64,000 nt of DNA from an uncultured virus (IMG/VR IMGVR_UViG_3300037067_011978) (IMGVR_UViG_3300037067_011978); one strand, 5' to 3'; positions 1 to 10,963 are shown, counted from the stretch's first letter. The notes: a model not told the origin generated them from the sequence alone. Translations and numbers: made by a program.

Positions 1-897
1 CTATAAAATGATTCTGTATTAGAAACATATTGTCTATCAATATCATTTTTATATCTTTCATAATTACGCTTATATTCAATTTCTAAATCAGTTTCTTTTA
101 ATTCAATATTTTCGTCATTTACCTTTTCAACATCTAAACCTTTTTCTTCCTCTTTAAAGTTTTCCTTTTTCATCTTGTTCCCCTTTTTGCTTTGATAAAA
201 TTTCTATATAGCTTCCAATAAATAGATTCAAATTATTCAATTCTTTTAATACAATTCTAACTGACTTATCCCATTCTTTTAACATTATAAATAATTCATC
301 AATTTTATTATCATTATTAGTTTTTAAATAAAAATCTGTTGGTTCCCATAAATTATAATCTTTACAAGAGTCAAAATCTTTACAAATAGTCCCAGATAAT
401 TTGTTACAATTTCCACAAAAATGTTCTTTTATCATTTCTTTTTCCAATATATTTCCTCCCATTCACTAAACATTTCAATAAAAAAATGGATAAGCAAAAT
501 TAACCCATACGTAATAATAATCATACAGAAAACGATTATCGGTATCGAAGTCATAAACCAGCCCCAATGTATCAAACCAATCGCTTCTAGGAATAACAAT
601 ACGATCTGTAAAATAAATAATAAAGATAAAACAATATAAACTTCCTTATCATACTTTCTCATTATCTTCTCCTTCATCAGAATACGTATAAACAAGAGGA
701 AGGTGATTATCTAACCCTAAATTATTATAACGGTTATTCTCGAAATCTTTACCTAATCTTTCATCAAATCCTTTTATCCTTAATTCCAATATTTTATTAT
801 TCATTTTTGCATCTTCAATAATCATATTGAATGAGGGTATTTGCAACGCTTCAAATAATGTCCCTATGCTAATTTGCAACGTTGCTGTTTTCTTCAT

Positions 898-2328
898 TTA
901 TTCCTTTTTAGGAAGATACTTTTTTATTCTATCCATATTTTTATCTATATCAACAAAAACATTTTTATGTATCTTACCTTTTTTGCATACAGGGCATTCT
1001 TCATTTTCATGTTCCATATCAATAACATTTACTATATCAATAACAGGAATTATTTTATCTTTATTTTTTAATTCTACATAACGATTAATCATTGCATTCC
1101 CATCAGCAAAATCTTCACTTTTATCATTATAACTTAATTTATAAATAACTTGATTGATTGTTAAATCTACATGGCAAACATCACAAGAATATCTTAACAT
1201 TAACTGTTTCATAAACACAGGCAAAACATCTAAAGGATTTAAACTTTCAATAAATGAATTTCCTTTAGATGTTTCTATAACAAATGCTCCTACCATTGCT
1301 AAATATTTATCACAAGTTTCATTAATAAAAAACTTAGTTTGTATTGGAAAATCTCCTTGTTTTTTTACTACCGCTTTTATATCGTGAAATGGAACTTGAG
1401 TCATTGCACCTTTATCGGTAGAATAAACTGTCCTTCCACATAGACGCCAAGCTGAAATAAGATTTTTTAAATAATATAAATGAATGTTTTTTGTATGTAA
1501 ACCATTATTTGTTAAAACTAAATCTTTATCATTCAAATATTCATCATCCATTAAATGTTCGTGTTTAATCCAAGAAATAAAATCTCCTTCTTCCCCATGT
1601 TTTTCTATTTCTTCTGATATTGTATAATCAGTAAATCTATATTTTCCATCATGAGCGGCAAAATCGCAACCCATTAAATAAAACTTTTCATATCCTAATA
1701 AATCACCCGCAAATAATTGCATTGGTGGACTGCAAGCAAAAATAGTCATTGCCGTTCTTATATAATAATGAAATGTACTTTGCCTGAAATCCCCTGTTCT
1801 ATAACTATACATTTTTTGTTGAACTTCTTGATAAAAACTATCAGCCCTTCCTGCATTTTGTAAATACAATAATATTTCATTTGGCCAATTTTCAAAAATA
1901 TCAGGATAACATCCGGGATGAGTAATTAATTTTGTTTTTGTTTTTGACCAATCAACTCCTTTTAATTCATCCCATCTACAAAAAGGATCAAGGACTAAAA
2001 TATGACTTGGTTCAATTCCATAATGCATAAAAGTTAATGCATGAGAAGTTGTGCAAATAATTCCACCTTCCCAATCTTTTAGATATTCAATATTCAAATC
2101 TATAGACATTCCAGAACCAATAATAAAACAAGCTTTATTTCCTATAGCTTTAGGTTCATCAGAAATATCTCTTGCTTTACCTTCTTTTATTTTATCTATA
2201 ATAATTTTCCAATTAGAAGCCGTATTCAAATATTCATGGACAAGTTGGGCATTTTTTGTTCCTTGATTATATAGATTAGATTCTTCTTTTGGCTTAGCTT
2301 CGGCATTTTCTAATTTTTTTTCTTCCAT
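898..2328 (-). CDS. Maf/DUF115 (MptE-like) family putative glycosyltransferase with C-terminal Cys-rich extension
   Basis: ACFIIGSGMSI...IICTTSHALTFMHYGIEPSHILVLDP and GYEKFYLMGCDF resemble the DUF115/motility-associated factor core; CxxC pairs (CDVC, CPVC) near the C-terminus. Confidence 0.7.
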   Translation of the reverse strand: MEEKKLENAEAKPKEESNLYNQGTKNAQLVHEYLNTASNWKIIIDKIKEGKARDISDEPKAIGNKACFIIGSGMSIDLNIEYLKDWEGGIICTTSHALTFMHYGIEPSHILVLDPFCRWDELKGVDWSKTKTKLITHPGCYPDIFENWPNEILLYLQNAGRADSFYQEVQQKMYSYRTGDFRQSTFHYYIRTAMTIFACSPPMQLFAGDLLGYEKFYLMGCDFAAHDGKYRFTDYTISEEIEKHGEEGDFISWIKHEHLMDDEYLNDKDLVLTNNGLHTKNIHLYYLKNLISAWRLCGRTVYSTDKGAMTQVPFHDIKAVVKKQGDFPIQTKFFINETCDKYLAMVGAFVIETSKGNSFIESLNPLDVLPVFMKQLMLRYSCDVCHVDLTINQVIYKLSYNDKSEDFADGNAMINRYVELKNKDKIIPVIDIVNVIDMEHENEECPVCKKGKIHKNVFVDIDKNMDRIKKYLPKKE

Positions 2329-2334
2329 TTTTTT

Positions 2335-2718
2335 CTACCTTAATAATTCTGGATTTTCATGAATGTTACCAATTACTTCAATATCATTTGGAATTCTATT
2401 TTCTCCACAAAAAAAACTATTGTATTTATATAATATTTCCTCTTTATAAGCACTATCATAAGAATGTTCACCTTCATAAAAACAACTTACTATATCTCCT
2501 TCATATATTTCTTTGTTATTTTTATCTTTTCTGCCGATGTACTGTCCTATAGTTTTTTTAATTACAATATTACAATCTTCTAAATATCCATAATCTATGT
2601 CTTTTTTAAAACAAGAAATAAAACATAATTCATCGTTCTTTTCTGGATAATAAGGAAGGTATCCGCCATACACCCATTCACCAGATTTTGTTAATCCTCT
2701 AAATTTAATTTCTCTCAT
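2335..2718 (-). CDS. YopX family phage protein
   Basis: MREIKFRG...GQYIGRKDKNNKEIYEGDI...EVIGNIHENPELL. Confidence 0.9.
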   Translation of the reverse strand: MREIKFRGLTKSGEWVYGGYLPYYPEKNDELCFISCFKKDIDYGYLEDCNIVIKKTIGQYIGRKDKNNKEIYEGDIVSCFYEGEHSYDSAYKEEILYKYNSFFCGENRIPNDIEVIGNIHENPELLR

Positions 2719-2722
2719 TTTT

Positions 2723-3436
2723 CTACCTTATTGGGCTATTCATATTTTTTGCATATTCATAAATATTTAAACTAGAAGCTTCGTCTTTTCTTTCGTAATC
2801 ATTTTCAAATATAGTATCGTTTAATATAGTAAAAAACTTTTCATCATCTATTTTCAATAGTAAGTCTAAATGTAATTTTCTTATTTTGCCAACTAATTGA
2901 ATTATTCCAGGAATTATTTCTCCCCATTTTGTAGCAAATTCATTTTTAAAAGAATCAAAAAATTGGTTATCATCCATACATCGAGTCATTGCATAAACTA
3001 CCCAGCATGTCATTATCTTTTCAAAATCATCATTCTCATGAAAAAGATTAATTTGTTTCCTTTTAAGATACCAATTCCCATTTATTAAATTAACACTTCC
3101 TGCCCATGGATCACGAGTAGCATAGCATAAGTTTTTAATTCTCGCAACATTGATAGCACCAAAACACATAGGGCAAGGTTCAACGGTAGTATATAAAGTT
3201 AAATTATTATCCTTATCTATTTCTGATAAAGGTATTTTCGATAATGCTATCATTTCAGCATGTTGAGTAATATTACTTTTATTCCCTCCATAAACCATTT
3301 TAGCGAATGAATCTGAAAGTATTTTATTATTGCTGTCTAATACTAAACAACTAATCGGTAATGCTCCGCCATAAAAAGCTTTTCTTGCTAATTTAAAACA
3401 ATGCTTCCATTCATTGGTTAAATCATTATATTGCAT
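2723..3436 (-). CDS. zinc-dependent nucleoside/tRNA deaminase (TadA-like)
   Basis: HAE motif and LYTTVEPCPMC motif. Confidence 0.85.
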   Translation of the reverse strand: MQYNDLTNEWKHCFKLARKAFYGGALPISCLVLDSNNKILSDSFAKMVYGGNKSNITQHAEMIALSKIPLSEIDKDNNLTLYTTVEPCPMCFGAINVARIKNLCYATRDPWAGSVNLINGNWYLKRKQINLFHENDDFEKIMTCWVVYAMTRCMDDNQFFDSFKNEFATKWGEIIPGIIQLVGKIRKLHLDLLLKIDDEKFFTILNDTIFENDYERKDEASSLNIYEYAKNMNSPIR

Positions 3437-3828
3437 TATTTATTTTCCTTTTCATCTTTAAAATATTCTTTTGCGAAATTAATAGGATCATAAGTAAAAA
3501 GTCTTATTGTTTCTTGATTAGAAAATTTAATCGGAGGGTCTAACAAAACATCTTTTGCAGTTAATTTAAATACTTTTGAAATGGTTATTGTCCTTTGTTT
3601 TTTAAACAACCAATCAGTAAACTTTGGGTGATCAATTACAATATCAAATGTTTTAGTTATATCGGCTTCTTGTTTAGTCATAAAATAAATATAATTTGTC
3701 ATTTCTAAAATCATATTTTCTTTAATATATTGCTTATCTATTAAATCAAAATGTGGATCAACAATCAATCTTTTCTTTATTTCTTCTCTTGTTATTTCAA
3801 ATTGTTCTATTCCTAAAACATCTTTCAT
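3436..3828 (-). CDS. hypothetical phage protein
   Basis: 130-aa ORF abutting both neighbours through TAATG overlaps. Confidence 0.6.
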   Translation of the reverse strand: MKDVLGIEQFEITREEIKKRLIVDPHFDLIDKQYIKENMILEMTNYIYFMTKQEADITKTFDIVIDHPKFTDWLFKKQRTITISKVFKLTAKDVLLDPPIKFSNQETIRLFTYDPINFAKEYFKDEKENK

Positions 3829-4568
3829 TATTTGTTTTCCTTATTATAAACTTCTATTCCTTTGCCTTTTAGTATATATGCTTCCATTAAAACTTCCGCC
3901 ATTTCAAACTCAGGTAATGTATCGGTATCAGCATATTGCCATATTTCTACTGGGAAATAATTAGTTAAACCTGGTTTAAATTCGTCCATTGTAGGATCAG
4001 GCCAATCTGTATTTTTATCATAATCAGTTTCTAACACATAATCGACTTTTGCAATTCCCCAATTTCCGCCTTCGCGTAAATATTCATAGCCTTTTGAAAA
4101 TATTTCTGTTCTACCTATAAAAGAAGTCAATCTCCTTGTTAAGACAATTTCACGTAAAGGAATCATAGGAAGTAAACTTTCTAACTTCAATCTATCAAAT
4201 AATTCAAACGCATCATCTAATTGTCCGGGTAACACTAATGGATTAGTGCACATCATCGATAACATAATATTAATTGTAGGATCAATTTTTAAACATTCTT
4301 TCAATGCATAACTAACTGCCATACCGCCATGAGGTTTTCTTTCTTTCATCCAATCAGGTTGAATAATAACTTCCGCACCATAATTTCTTGATACATCTGA
4401 TATTTCTTGATCGTCCGTTACAACTACAACTTTATTTACATATTTACATGCTTTTGCTTGCACTATCGACCAAGCAATGAGCGGAACATTACAAAACAAC
4501 TTCACATTCTTTCTAGGAAGCCTTACTGAACCACCGCGCGCAGGAATTATACATATTGCATTATTCAT
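3828..4568 (-). CDS. acylneuraminate cytidylyltransferase (CMP-nonulosonate synthetase, NeuA/PseF-like)
   Basis: IIPARGGSVRLPRKN motif, VVVVTDD, C-terminal DTDT; start placed at the second Met, which follows GGAGG. Confidence 0.85.
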   Translation of the reverse strand: MNNAICIIPARGGSVRLPRKNVKLFCNVPLIAWSIVQAKACKYVNKVVVVTDDQEISDVSRNYGAEVIIQPDWMKERKPHGGMAVSYALKECLKIDPTINIMLSMMCTNPLVLPGQLDDAFELFDRLKLESLLPMIPLREIVLTRRLTSFIGRTEIFSKGYEYLREGGNWGIAKVDYVLETDYDKNTDWPDPTMDEFKPGLTNYFPVEIWQYADTDTLPEFEMAEVLMEAYILKGKGIEVYNKENK

Positions 4569-4714
4569 CTGCTTTCCTCCCATTTAGTTAACATTTCTAT
4601 ATATTTTTTATTATCATCTTTTAATATTTCGTTTTCTTTTTTCATTTCATAAATTTTAATATTTAAATCAACGATCATTTTAATGAAATATTCCATTAAA
4701 TCGTTATCTTTCAT

Positions 4715-5053
4715 TTATTTTTCTCCATTATAAATATGTGCTTTTATAAAATTAACCCACCCAGGAAAAGGCGGATAACTTCTATCGTCTAAATATAAAT
4801 CTGCATAAACTTTATTTGAAGTTTTAAAATCAGTTTGTATATTTTCATTTACTGCATCAGGCCTAAAATGCCTATCGTCTAACCATTGAATCATTGGATC
4901 AACATATTTGCCTTCTCTACACGTCCATATAATTATTTTATGTCCTAATTTTTGTAATAAGCTTAATGCGAATATTGCACCTTCTTTTTCTTCACCTATT
5001 TCTGGAAACTTATGTTCTACTATTGTTCCGTCAAAATCCACGGCTATTATAAT
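4715..5053 (-). CDS. minimal HAD-superfamily hydrolase
   Basis: IIAVDFDGT, IIIWTCR, K..ADLYLDDR motifs; probable ATT start at 5053, 7 nt after AGGAG. Confidence 0.8.
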   Translation of the reverse strand: MIIAVDFDGTIVEHKFPEIGEEKEGAIFALSLLQKLGHKIIIWTCREGKYVDPMIQWLDDRHFRPDAVNENIQTDFKTSNKVYADLYLDDRSYPPFPGWVNFIKAHIYNGEK

Positions 5054-6086
5054 TTTATTTCTCCTAAAATTTTTCTACTACTGAACCAATTGATTTTCTT
5101 TCATCAATATATTCTTCATCATTATTTTTATATTTACAACCTGGACGGCATTCATCATTAAATATTTCACAAGGAAACAAACCATCATTAAAACAATAGC
5201 ACTCTTCATTCTTTAAAAATAAACCATCATATCCATCTTCTTCTAACTTCTTTTTTATATACGTTTTTATATTCACTTTGTTTCTTCCTTATCTGAATAA
5301 ATACTTTCTACATATTGTAAAGCAGAAATTATTTGATGCTTATCTAAATAATCTCTATAATATAATTTAATAATCTCTATGAATCCTATAATAATATCTA
5401 CTTTAGGATCACCGACAATTTTATAATTTATTGATTGCATTAATTGACTCATTATTTTCTCCATTATTTTCTCCTTTTCCCATTTAGATAAACGTTAATA
5501 ATCTTCCATCCTTCATCATAACAATCTTTTACAAATAATTCATTAAACCTTTCTTCAAGCATAAACCAATATTTAAATAAATTAATTTCTTCACCTGAAT
5601 CTAATTTCGCTTTTCCTTCAAATATATTACCATGTGTAATTATTTTTTCTATAAATACCCCATATCCTATAAAATAACATAACCTTTTCGTTACATCGTT
5701 TTTATATATTACTGCAATTCGTTCACCTTCTTTAATCGGTTCCATTTTTCTTATCCTTATCTTTCATATTCTTATAATTTAATATTGAAATAGTTAAATT
5801 AGAACCTATAAAAATTGTAGATATAAAAGTCATTATTAACATTTTAGTTTCATAACACATTATTTTGTTCCTTTTCCCATAAATTACATATTCCATTAAA
5901 TATACTAGGATAATAAACATGACTACCATCAATAATTTTCATTTTATCGTTTGAACATTCATAAGCATCTTCATCAATACCAACATTATTACAGTATTTA
6001 CAATTTAAACAACAGTTAGCTTCTCTATAATTATATTTAGATAAACATTCATTTAATTTATTTATCCTTTCTTTATAATTCACTAT

Positions 6087-6899
6087 TTACTCCTTCATCG
6101 CCCCGGAAATACCTTGAACAAAAAACTTATTAGCGATTAAAAATATAACAATCAATGGCAACATTAAAACCGTACCTATTGCCATTGATTGTCCATAAGG
6201 GAATCCTGCTAATAATCCATCTTTTAATACCCTTATACTTTTTGTTAACCCTATCAATAATGTTTGATTTTGATCTTTTTGTAAAACTAACATTTGCCAA
6301 ATATAATCTTGTAAATATCCAATAGAACTAAATACAGAAACGGCAGAAATAATCGGCGCGCTTATTGGAATTATTATATGAAATAATATTTGTACTTCAT
6401 TCGCCCCATCTAATCTCGCACTTTCTAATAAACTATTCGGAACAGTTTCAAAATAATTCCTTACTAAGTATAAAAGAAAAGGTGAAAAAATACTAGGCAA
6501 AATAGTAGCTAATAAACTGCCTTGTAAACCTATTTTTTTTATTATTACAAACATAGGAATAATTAATGATATTCTTGGAATCATCAATCCCAATAAAAGT
6601 ATTGTCCATAAAATATTCTTAAATTTGAATTTGTAAAAAGCAAAAACATACCCGCTTGAACATACCGTAATAACAGTCAAAATTACCGTCAATAAAGTAC
6701 CTATCAAAGAATTAATTAACCAAGGAAAAACATTCCATTTTGTCATTCTTAAATAATTTTCTAAAGTAGGATGTAAAGGAAATAAATTAGGGGGCATTTT
6801 CATTATTCCACGCATATTTTGTAATGATCCAACTAGCATAAAATACATAGGGAATAATAGAACAATAAAGAATAGAATTAGTAATATTTTTTTAATCAA
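6087..6899 (-). CDS. carbohydrate ABC transporter permease (MalG-type)
   Basis: Multiple TM segments; EAA loop LLESARLDGA; C-terminal KFFVQGISGAMKE. Confidence 0.92.
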   Translation of the reverse strand: MIKKILLILFFIVLLFPMYFMLVGSLQNMRGIMKMPPNLFPLHPTLENYLRMTKWNVFPWLINSLIGTLLTVILTVITVCSSGYVFAFYKFKFKNILWTILLLGLMIPRISLIIPMFVIIKKIGLQGSLLATILPSIFSPFLLYLVRNYFETVPNSLLESARLDGANEVQILFHIIIPISAPIISAVSVFSSIGYLQDYIWQMLVLQKDQNQTLLIGLTKSIRVLKDGLLAGFPYGQSMAIGTVLMLPLIVIFLIANKFFVQGISGAMKE

Positions 6900-7486
6900 A
6901 TTGTATCTCTCTTATTTAATATGTATTTTTGAATATCAATAAATCTAATTATTGGTTCTTTATATTCTGGAGTTTTAGAAAAGTGATACCACGCATATAC
7001 CATCATCCCGGTTCTAATCTTCATATCTTTTCTTAATTTATCACCTAACATTGGATAACGGTCAAACACATAAATACAATTTAATGGAAAATCTTTATCT
7101 TTATAAATATAATCTAATCGTTGCTTTCCATGTAAATAACTCAATGGTAATAGAAAATAAAAATCATTACAAAGTGTTTTGCTTTTTTGTATAAACTGGA
7201 AAGCTTTTGAATATGGCGGATTAGTAATGATCGTTCTATATTTTCTTTTTTCTTGTAAAAAATCCTGCCCGGTTTCCAAATCATAACTATCAATATTCCT
7301 TTCATCATATTCATTTTTAATTAAAATATCTACTATTGCATTATTCCCACAAGCAGGTTCTAATATTGGTTCTTTTAATTTGACTACATTTAACAATTCT
7401 TGAGTAAGACAAAAAGGTGTTTCGTAAAAATCGGATTTTTTACGTTGTCCAATATTGTTGCAGGAGAAATTTTTACCTTTAATCAT
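6896..7486 (-). CDS. DNA N6-adenine methyltransferase
   Basis: DFYETP, ILEPACGNNAI (motif I), ITNPPY (motif IV). Confidence 0.85.
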   Translation of the reverse strand: MIKGKNFSCNNIGQRKKSDFYETPFCLTQELLNVVKLKEPILEPACGNNAIVDILIKNEYDERNIDSYDLETGQDFLQEKRKYRTIITNPPYSKAFQFIQKSKTLCNDFYFLLPLSYLHGKQRLDYIYKDKDFPLNCIYVFDRYPMLGDKLRKDMKIRTGMMVYAWYHFSKTPEYKEPIIRFIDIQKYILNKRDTI

Positions 7487-7714
7487 CTAATCTCCGCGAA
7501 TACAATGTTATTATCTATTTTAATAGGTAAACCAAGCAATCTTCCTACAACTCCTTTATCAAAAACTTCATTACTTTTTGTTATACAAAAATCACATGCC
7601 ATTAATTCTGAATAAGTTTCGTCATTTAAATAAAAACATTTATTTTTTAAATCAAGATTCATTTCTCTTTCACTTAGAAGTAAATAAAGAAGTATTTCTA
7701 AAACAGGCTTCTTT

Positions 7715-8536
7715 TCATTCATTTTCAAACCTCTTTTTTACTAATGACAAACCAATAACCATTACTAATAAAACTATTGCCTCTGCGGCTCCAATTCCAT
7801 ATTTAGAATATTGAAATGAATCTGCATATATGCGAAAAGACATAGTGGCTGTATAATAATTAGGTGACAGAATAAAAATGTATTCGAAAATCATGAATGC
7901 AGTTATAGCTGATAACAACCCAATCAATATCAAAGTATCTTTTATTAACGGAATTATAATCATTCTTTTTATTTGACTTTCGCTTGCACCATCTATTTTT
8001 GCGGCTTCCAATATGCTTTTATCAATAGATAATATCGAAGATAAAATTATTATTACATTACTTCCAAACGTAGAAAAAATAAGTATAAAACTTATTGCAG
8101 GAATTGACGTATACCATTGACCAAACCAATTTATAGGAGTTATTTTTACTAAAGATAAAAGCCAATTCATAGGGCCTTCGAATTTAAATATCCATTGCCA
8201 AGCTTGAGAAATAATAATTCCTGATGATAATACTGGAATATAGGTTATTATCCTAGTATTATCTAACCAATGTTTTTCCATATTATAAACCCATAATGAT
8301 ATTAATAATGAAACTATTATTTGCCCCGGAACTAGAATTATTACATATATTAGACTATTTGATATTGATAATAAAAAATCCTTACTTGTAAATATTGATA
8401 AGTAATTATCAATTCCTACAAAACTAGAAGTGATAAAATTGGTTTTATGTAAAGATAAAGAAAAAACCTCGACTAGAGGCCATAAAGTAAAGAGTATAAA
8501 AAAAATCAATGTAGGTATGAGCAATATTTTTTTCAA
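7715..8536 (-). CDS. carbohydrate ABC transporter permease (MalF-type)
   Basis: FVGIDNY, multiple TMs, EAA loop ILEAAKIDGA, YGIGAA. Confidence 0.92.
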   Translation of the reverse strand: MKKILLIPTLIFFILFTLWPLVEVFSLSLHKTNFITSSFVGIDNYLSIFTSKDFLLSISNSLIYVIILVPGQIIVSLLISLWVYNMEKHWLDNTRIITYIPVLSSGIIISQAWQWIFKFEGPMNWLLSLVKITPINWFGQWYTSIPAISFILIFSTFGSNVIIILSSILSIDKSILEAAKIDGASESQIKRMIIIPLIKDTLILIGLLSAITAFMIFEYIFILSPNYYTATMSFRIYADSFQYSKYGIGAAEAIVLLVMVIGLSLVKKRFENE

Positions 8537-8547
8537 ATTATTCCCTT

Positions 8548-8898
8548 CTAAAATATTTCTTTTGCATCATATAATATTTGCTTTTTATGAATCAACAATT
8601 CTTTTCTCATATTATCTGTTCCACTGTTCCCCTTAAACAACATTCCATAATCAGTATAACTTGCCATTTCTCTATTCCGTAACGGTCCAGCTCTTTCCCC
8701 ATATTTATCCCAATTAGCAGGGAATATTTTTAATTTAATATCTAATAAATCAGCCATTTCTTCGCCAAAAGCATCAGCGCCTTTAGCTCCACCAGATACT
8801 ATTTCAGTAATATTAAAATCTTTTACTAAATGTCTAACTATTTTATAATCATTTTTACTTGGAACAAAATCTCTTCCTCCAGCAATAATACACTTCAA
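8548..8898 (-). CDS. SLOG/DUF2493 (YspA-related) protein
   Basis: IIAGGRDF, IVSGGAKGAD, FPANWDKYG..AGPLRN..MA, GT.NM. Confidence 0.85.
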   Translation of the reverse strand: MKCIIAGGRDFVPSKNDYKIVRHLVKDFNITEIVSGGAKGADAFGEEMADLLDIKLKIFPANWDKYGERAGPLRNREMASYTDYGMLFKGNSGTDNMRKELLIHKKQILYDAKEIF

Positions 8899-9374
8899 AT
8901 TATATTTTCCCTGTAAAAATAAACTTTAATCTATTAATAAAATTACCATTAGAGATTACCTTATAAAAATCTATTTCATCACGTAATTTTATAATTTCTT
9001 TATCCAGTTCATGGATTGTTTTATTATATTTTTCATCTATTTCTTTAATAATAAAATCTTTTGTATAATATTTATGTGAATTTAAACGAAAAGGATTTAA
9101 ATCAATATAAATTACTGGACATTGATCCTTGATCTTTTTTAATTCTTGCCAATTTTCCAAAGAATCTTCTTTTATAAAACTTTGTAATTTAATATATTCA
9201 TCACTATCCATTTCAAATGTTACTTTAGCCATTATTTCCTCCAATATTATCAAGTTTATTTTGTAACAAATCTATATTCATTTTTAATCTTTCTATTTTA
9301 TTATAATTATCTCTATTTAGAATGCATAAAACAATAATAGCAATAGTAACAGTAATATTAAAAACCATTAACAT

Positions 9375-9689
9375 TTATTTCCTCCAATATTCCATAATTT
9401 CTTCTATTGTCAATTTTCTTTTTGATCCATATTTATATCTTGGTATTCCATCTATTTTTCTAAATTTAAATAAATTATTCACTATATCATAAATATTGTA
9501 TCTGTCATAAACCTTTTTATAGTTTCCATTGTCACTTACTTCGCTATTTCTTACTTTTTTATTTGCTAAATGTTTCCCTAATTTTCCATATCCACCTTGC
9601 TTAATTATAGGAACTTTCTTTTCGCTTCTGCTCATTAGTTCCCTCCTTGAAAAAGACAAGGCGGTTTTTATAGGTTTCTCCACCGCCAA
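9375..9689 (-). CDS. hypothetical basic protein
   Basis: Lys/Arg-rich ORF; the real start is probably the internal MSRSEKK after AAGGAGG. Confidence 0.55.
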   Translation of the reverse strand: MAVEKPIKTALSFSRRELMSRSEKKVPIIKQGGYGKLGKHLANKKVRNSEVSDNGNYKKVYDRYNIYDIVNNLFKFRKIDGIPRYKYGSKRKLTIEEIMEYWRK

Positions 9690-9700
9690 ACCTTCGCTTA

Positions 9701-10963
9701 TTACTTCTTCACTTTCGACAATGCCTTTTCATATTCCTTGATAGCGTTTTCTGGAGTAATCTTGAAATTAAAAAGCTTTTGCAAAATAGGGAACTGTAAA
9801 GCGCGCCTTTCGCTAAACCGGCCATCAGTTAATCCAGCATCATAGATACCATATTCAGAAGCGATCTTTGTAGTTAACTTTACATTTTTATCCGTAGAAG
9901 GAATTACGTCAACACGATTCGGAACAGTCGATTCATACTTTGCAGAAAGCCCTTGAGCCTCAGGTCCGTTTGCATATTCAACCCAACGTGCCGCAATCTC
10001 ATTAGCTTTTTTATCAGGTGAATTATAAACAACATATACCCCATTATTAACATACGTAGGAACACCATTGACGCCTACTCCACGAGGAAGCGGAACGAAA
10101 GTAAAATTAAACGGCTTCTTAATAATGCCCTGATCCATTCCTTGCTTTAGATACATTTCAGTCCAATTTGGGAAAAAAGTAGTAGCCGCAAGATTCCCTG
10201 AAAGCCATTGCAAACAATAATCATCATCATTTAATGTTGCGGCATTCTTAGGAACATATTCATTTTTAATTAGCAATTGATAAAATTCATAAGCCTTAGC
10301 TCCGCCAGTCTTTGCTACTACGGAATTATCATAATCTCCATTTACATAATACTTCGTCCCAAATGCAGAAAACCAATTATGCAAAAGATAATCACCAGAA
10401 GGATTGGCCGCAAAAAGCATCGTTGCCCATTTCTTTCCACCATACTTTTGCTTTACCATTTCAGCCATTTCTAAATAATCAGTAATAGTCCAATCCCATT
10501 TTACCGTATATCCAATTTCATCCATGATATCAAGGTTAATGCACATGGCCTGAGCCCCGCCATATTGAGGGATACCTAAAAGCTTTCCCTTAAACTTATA
10601 TGGATCAAGCACACCTTTATTATATTTATCTAAATCGCGAACATATTTATTTAGATCAAGCGCAAAATTAGCATCCATATATTTCCCAGCCCGAACGGTA
10701 GAATCCACATAAACATTAGGCGGGGTTCCTGCGGCTAACTGAGCATCCATCGTCATAGTAGAACCTGCCGTGACATCAATAATAGAATAAACGATTTTAA
10801 CATCAGGAAAATCTTTCTTTAGCTTTTCTTCCGCAATCGTATAAATAGTTTTCCCATCATACGGTGCAGGAAGACCACCAGTCAAAATAGTAATTGTTTG
10901 GGCGGTTAGTCCAAAACAAATACACAAAAGAATCATTCCAATAAAAATCCTCTTCATCATCAT
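9701..10963 (-). CDS. carbohydrate ABC transporter substrate-binding protein
   Basis: Cleavable signal peptide; AAGTPPNV, LDLNKY, GKLLGIP, WDWT..DY pattern of CUT1 binding proteins; 420 aa. Confidence 0.88.
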   Translation of the reverse strand: MMMKRIFIGMILLCICFGLTAQTITILTGGLPAPYDGKTIYTIAEEKLKKDFPDVKIVYSIIDVTAGSTMTMDAQLAAGTPPNVYVDSTVRAGKYMDANFALDLNKYVRDLDKYNKGVLDPYKFKGKLLGIPQYGGAQAMCINLDIMDEIGYTVKWDWTITDYLEMAEMVKQKYGGKKWATMLFAANPSGDYLLHNWFSAFGTKYYVNGDYDNSVVAKTGGAKAYEFYQLLIKNEYVPKNAATLNDDDYCLQWLSGNLAATTFFPNWTEMYLKQGMDQGIIKKPFNFTFVPLPRGVGVNGVPTYVNNGVYVVYNSPDKKANEIAARWVEYANGPEAQGLSAKYESTVPNRVDVIPSTDKNVKLTTKIASEYGIYDAGLTDGRFSERRALQFPILQKLFNFKITPENAIKEYEKALSKVKK

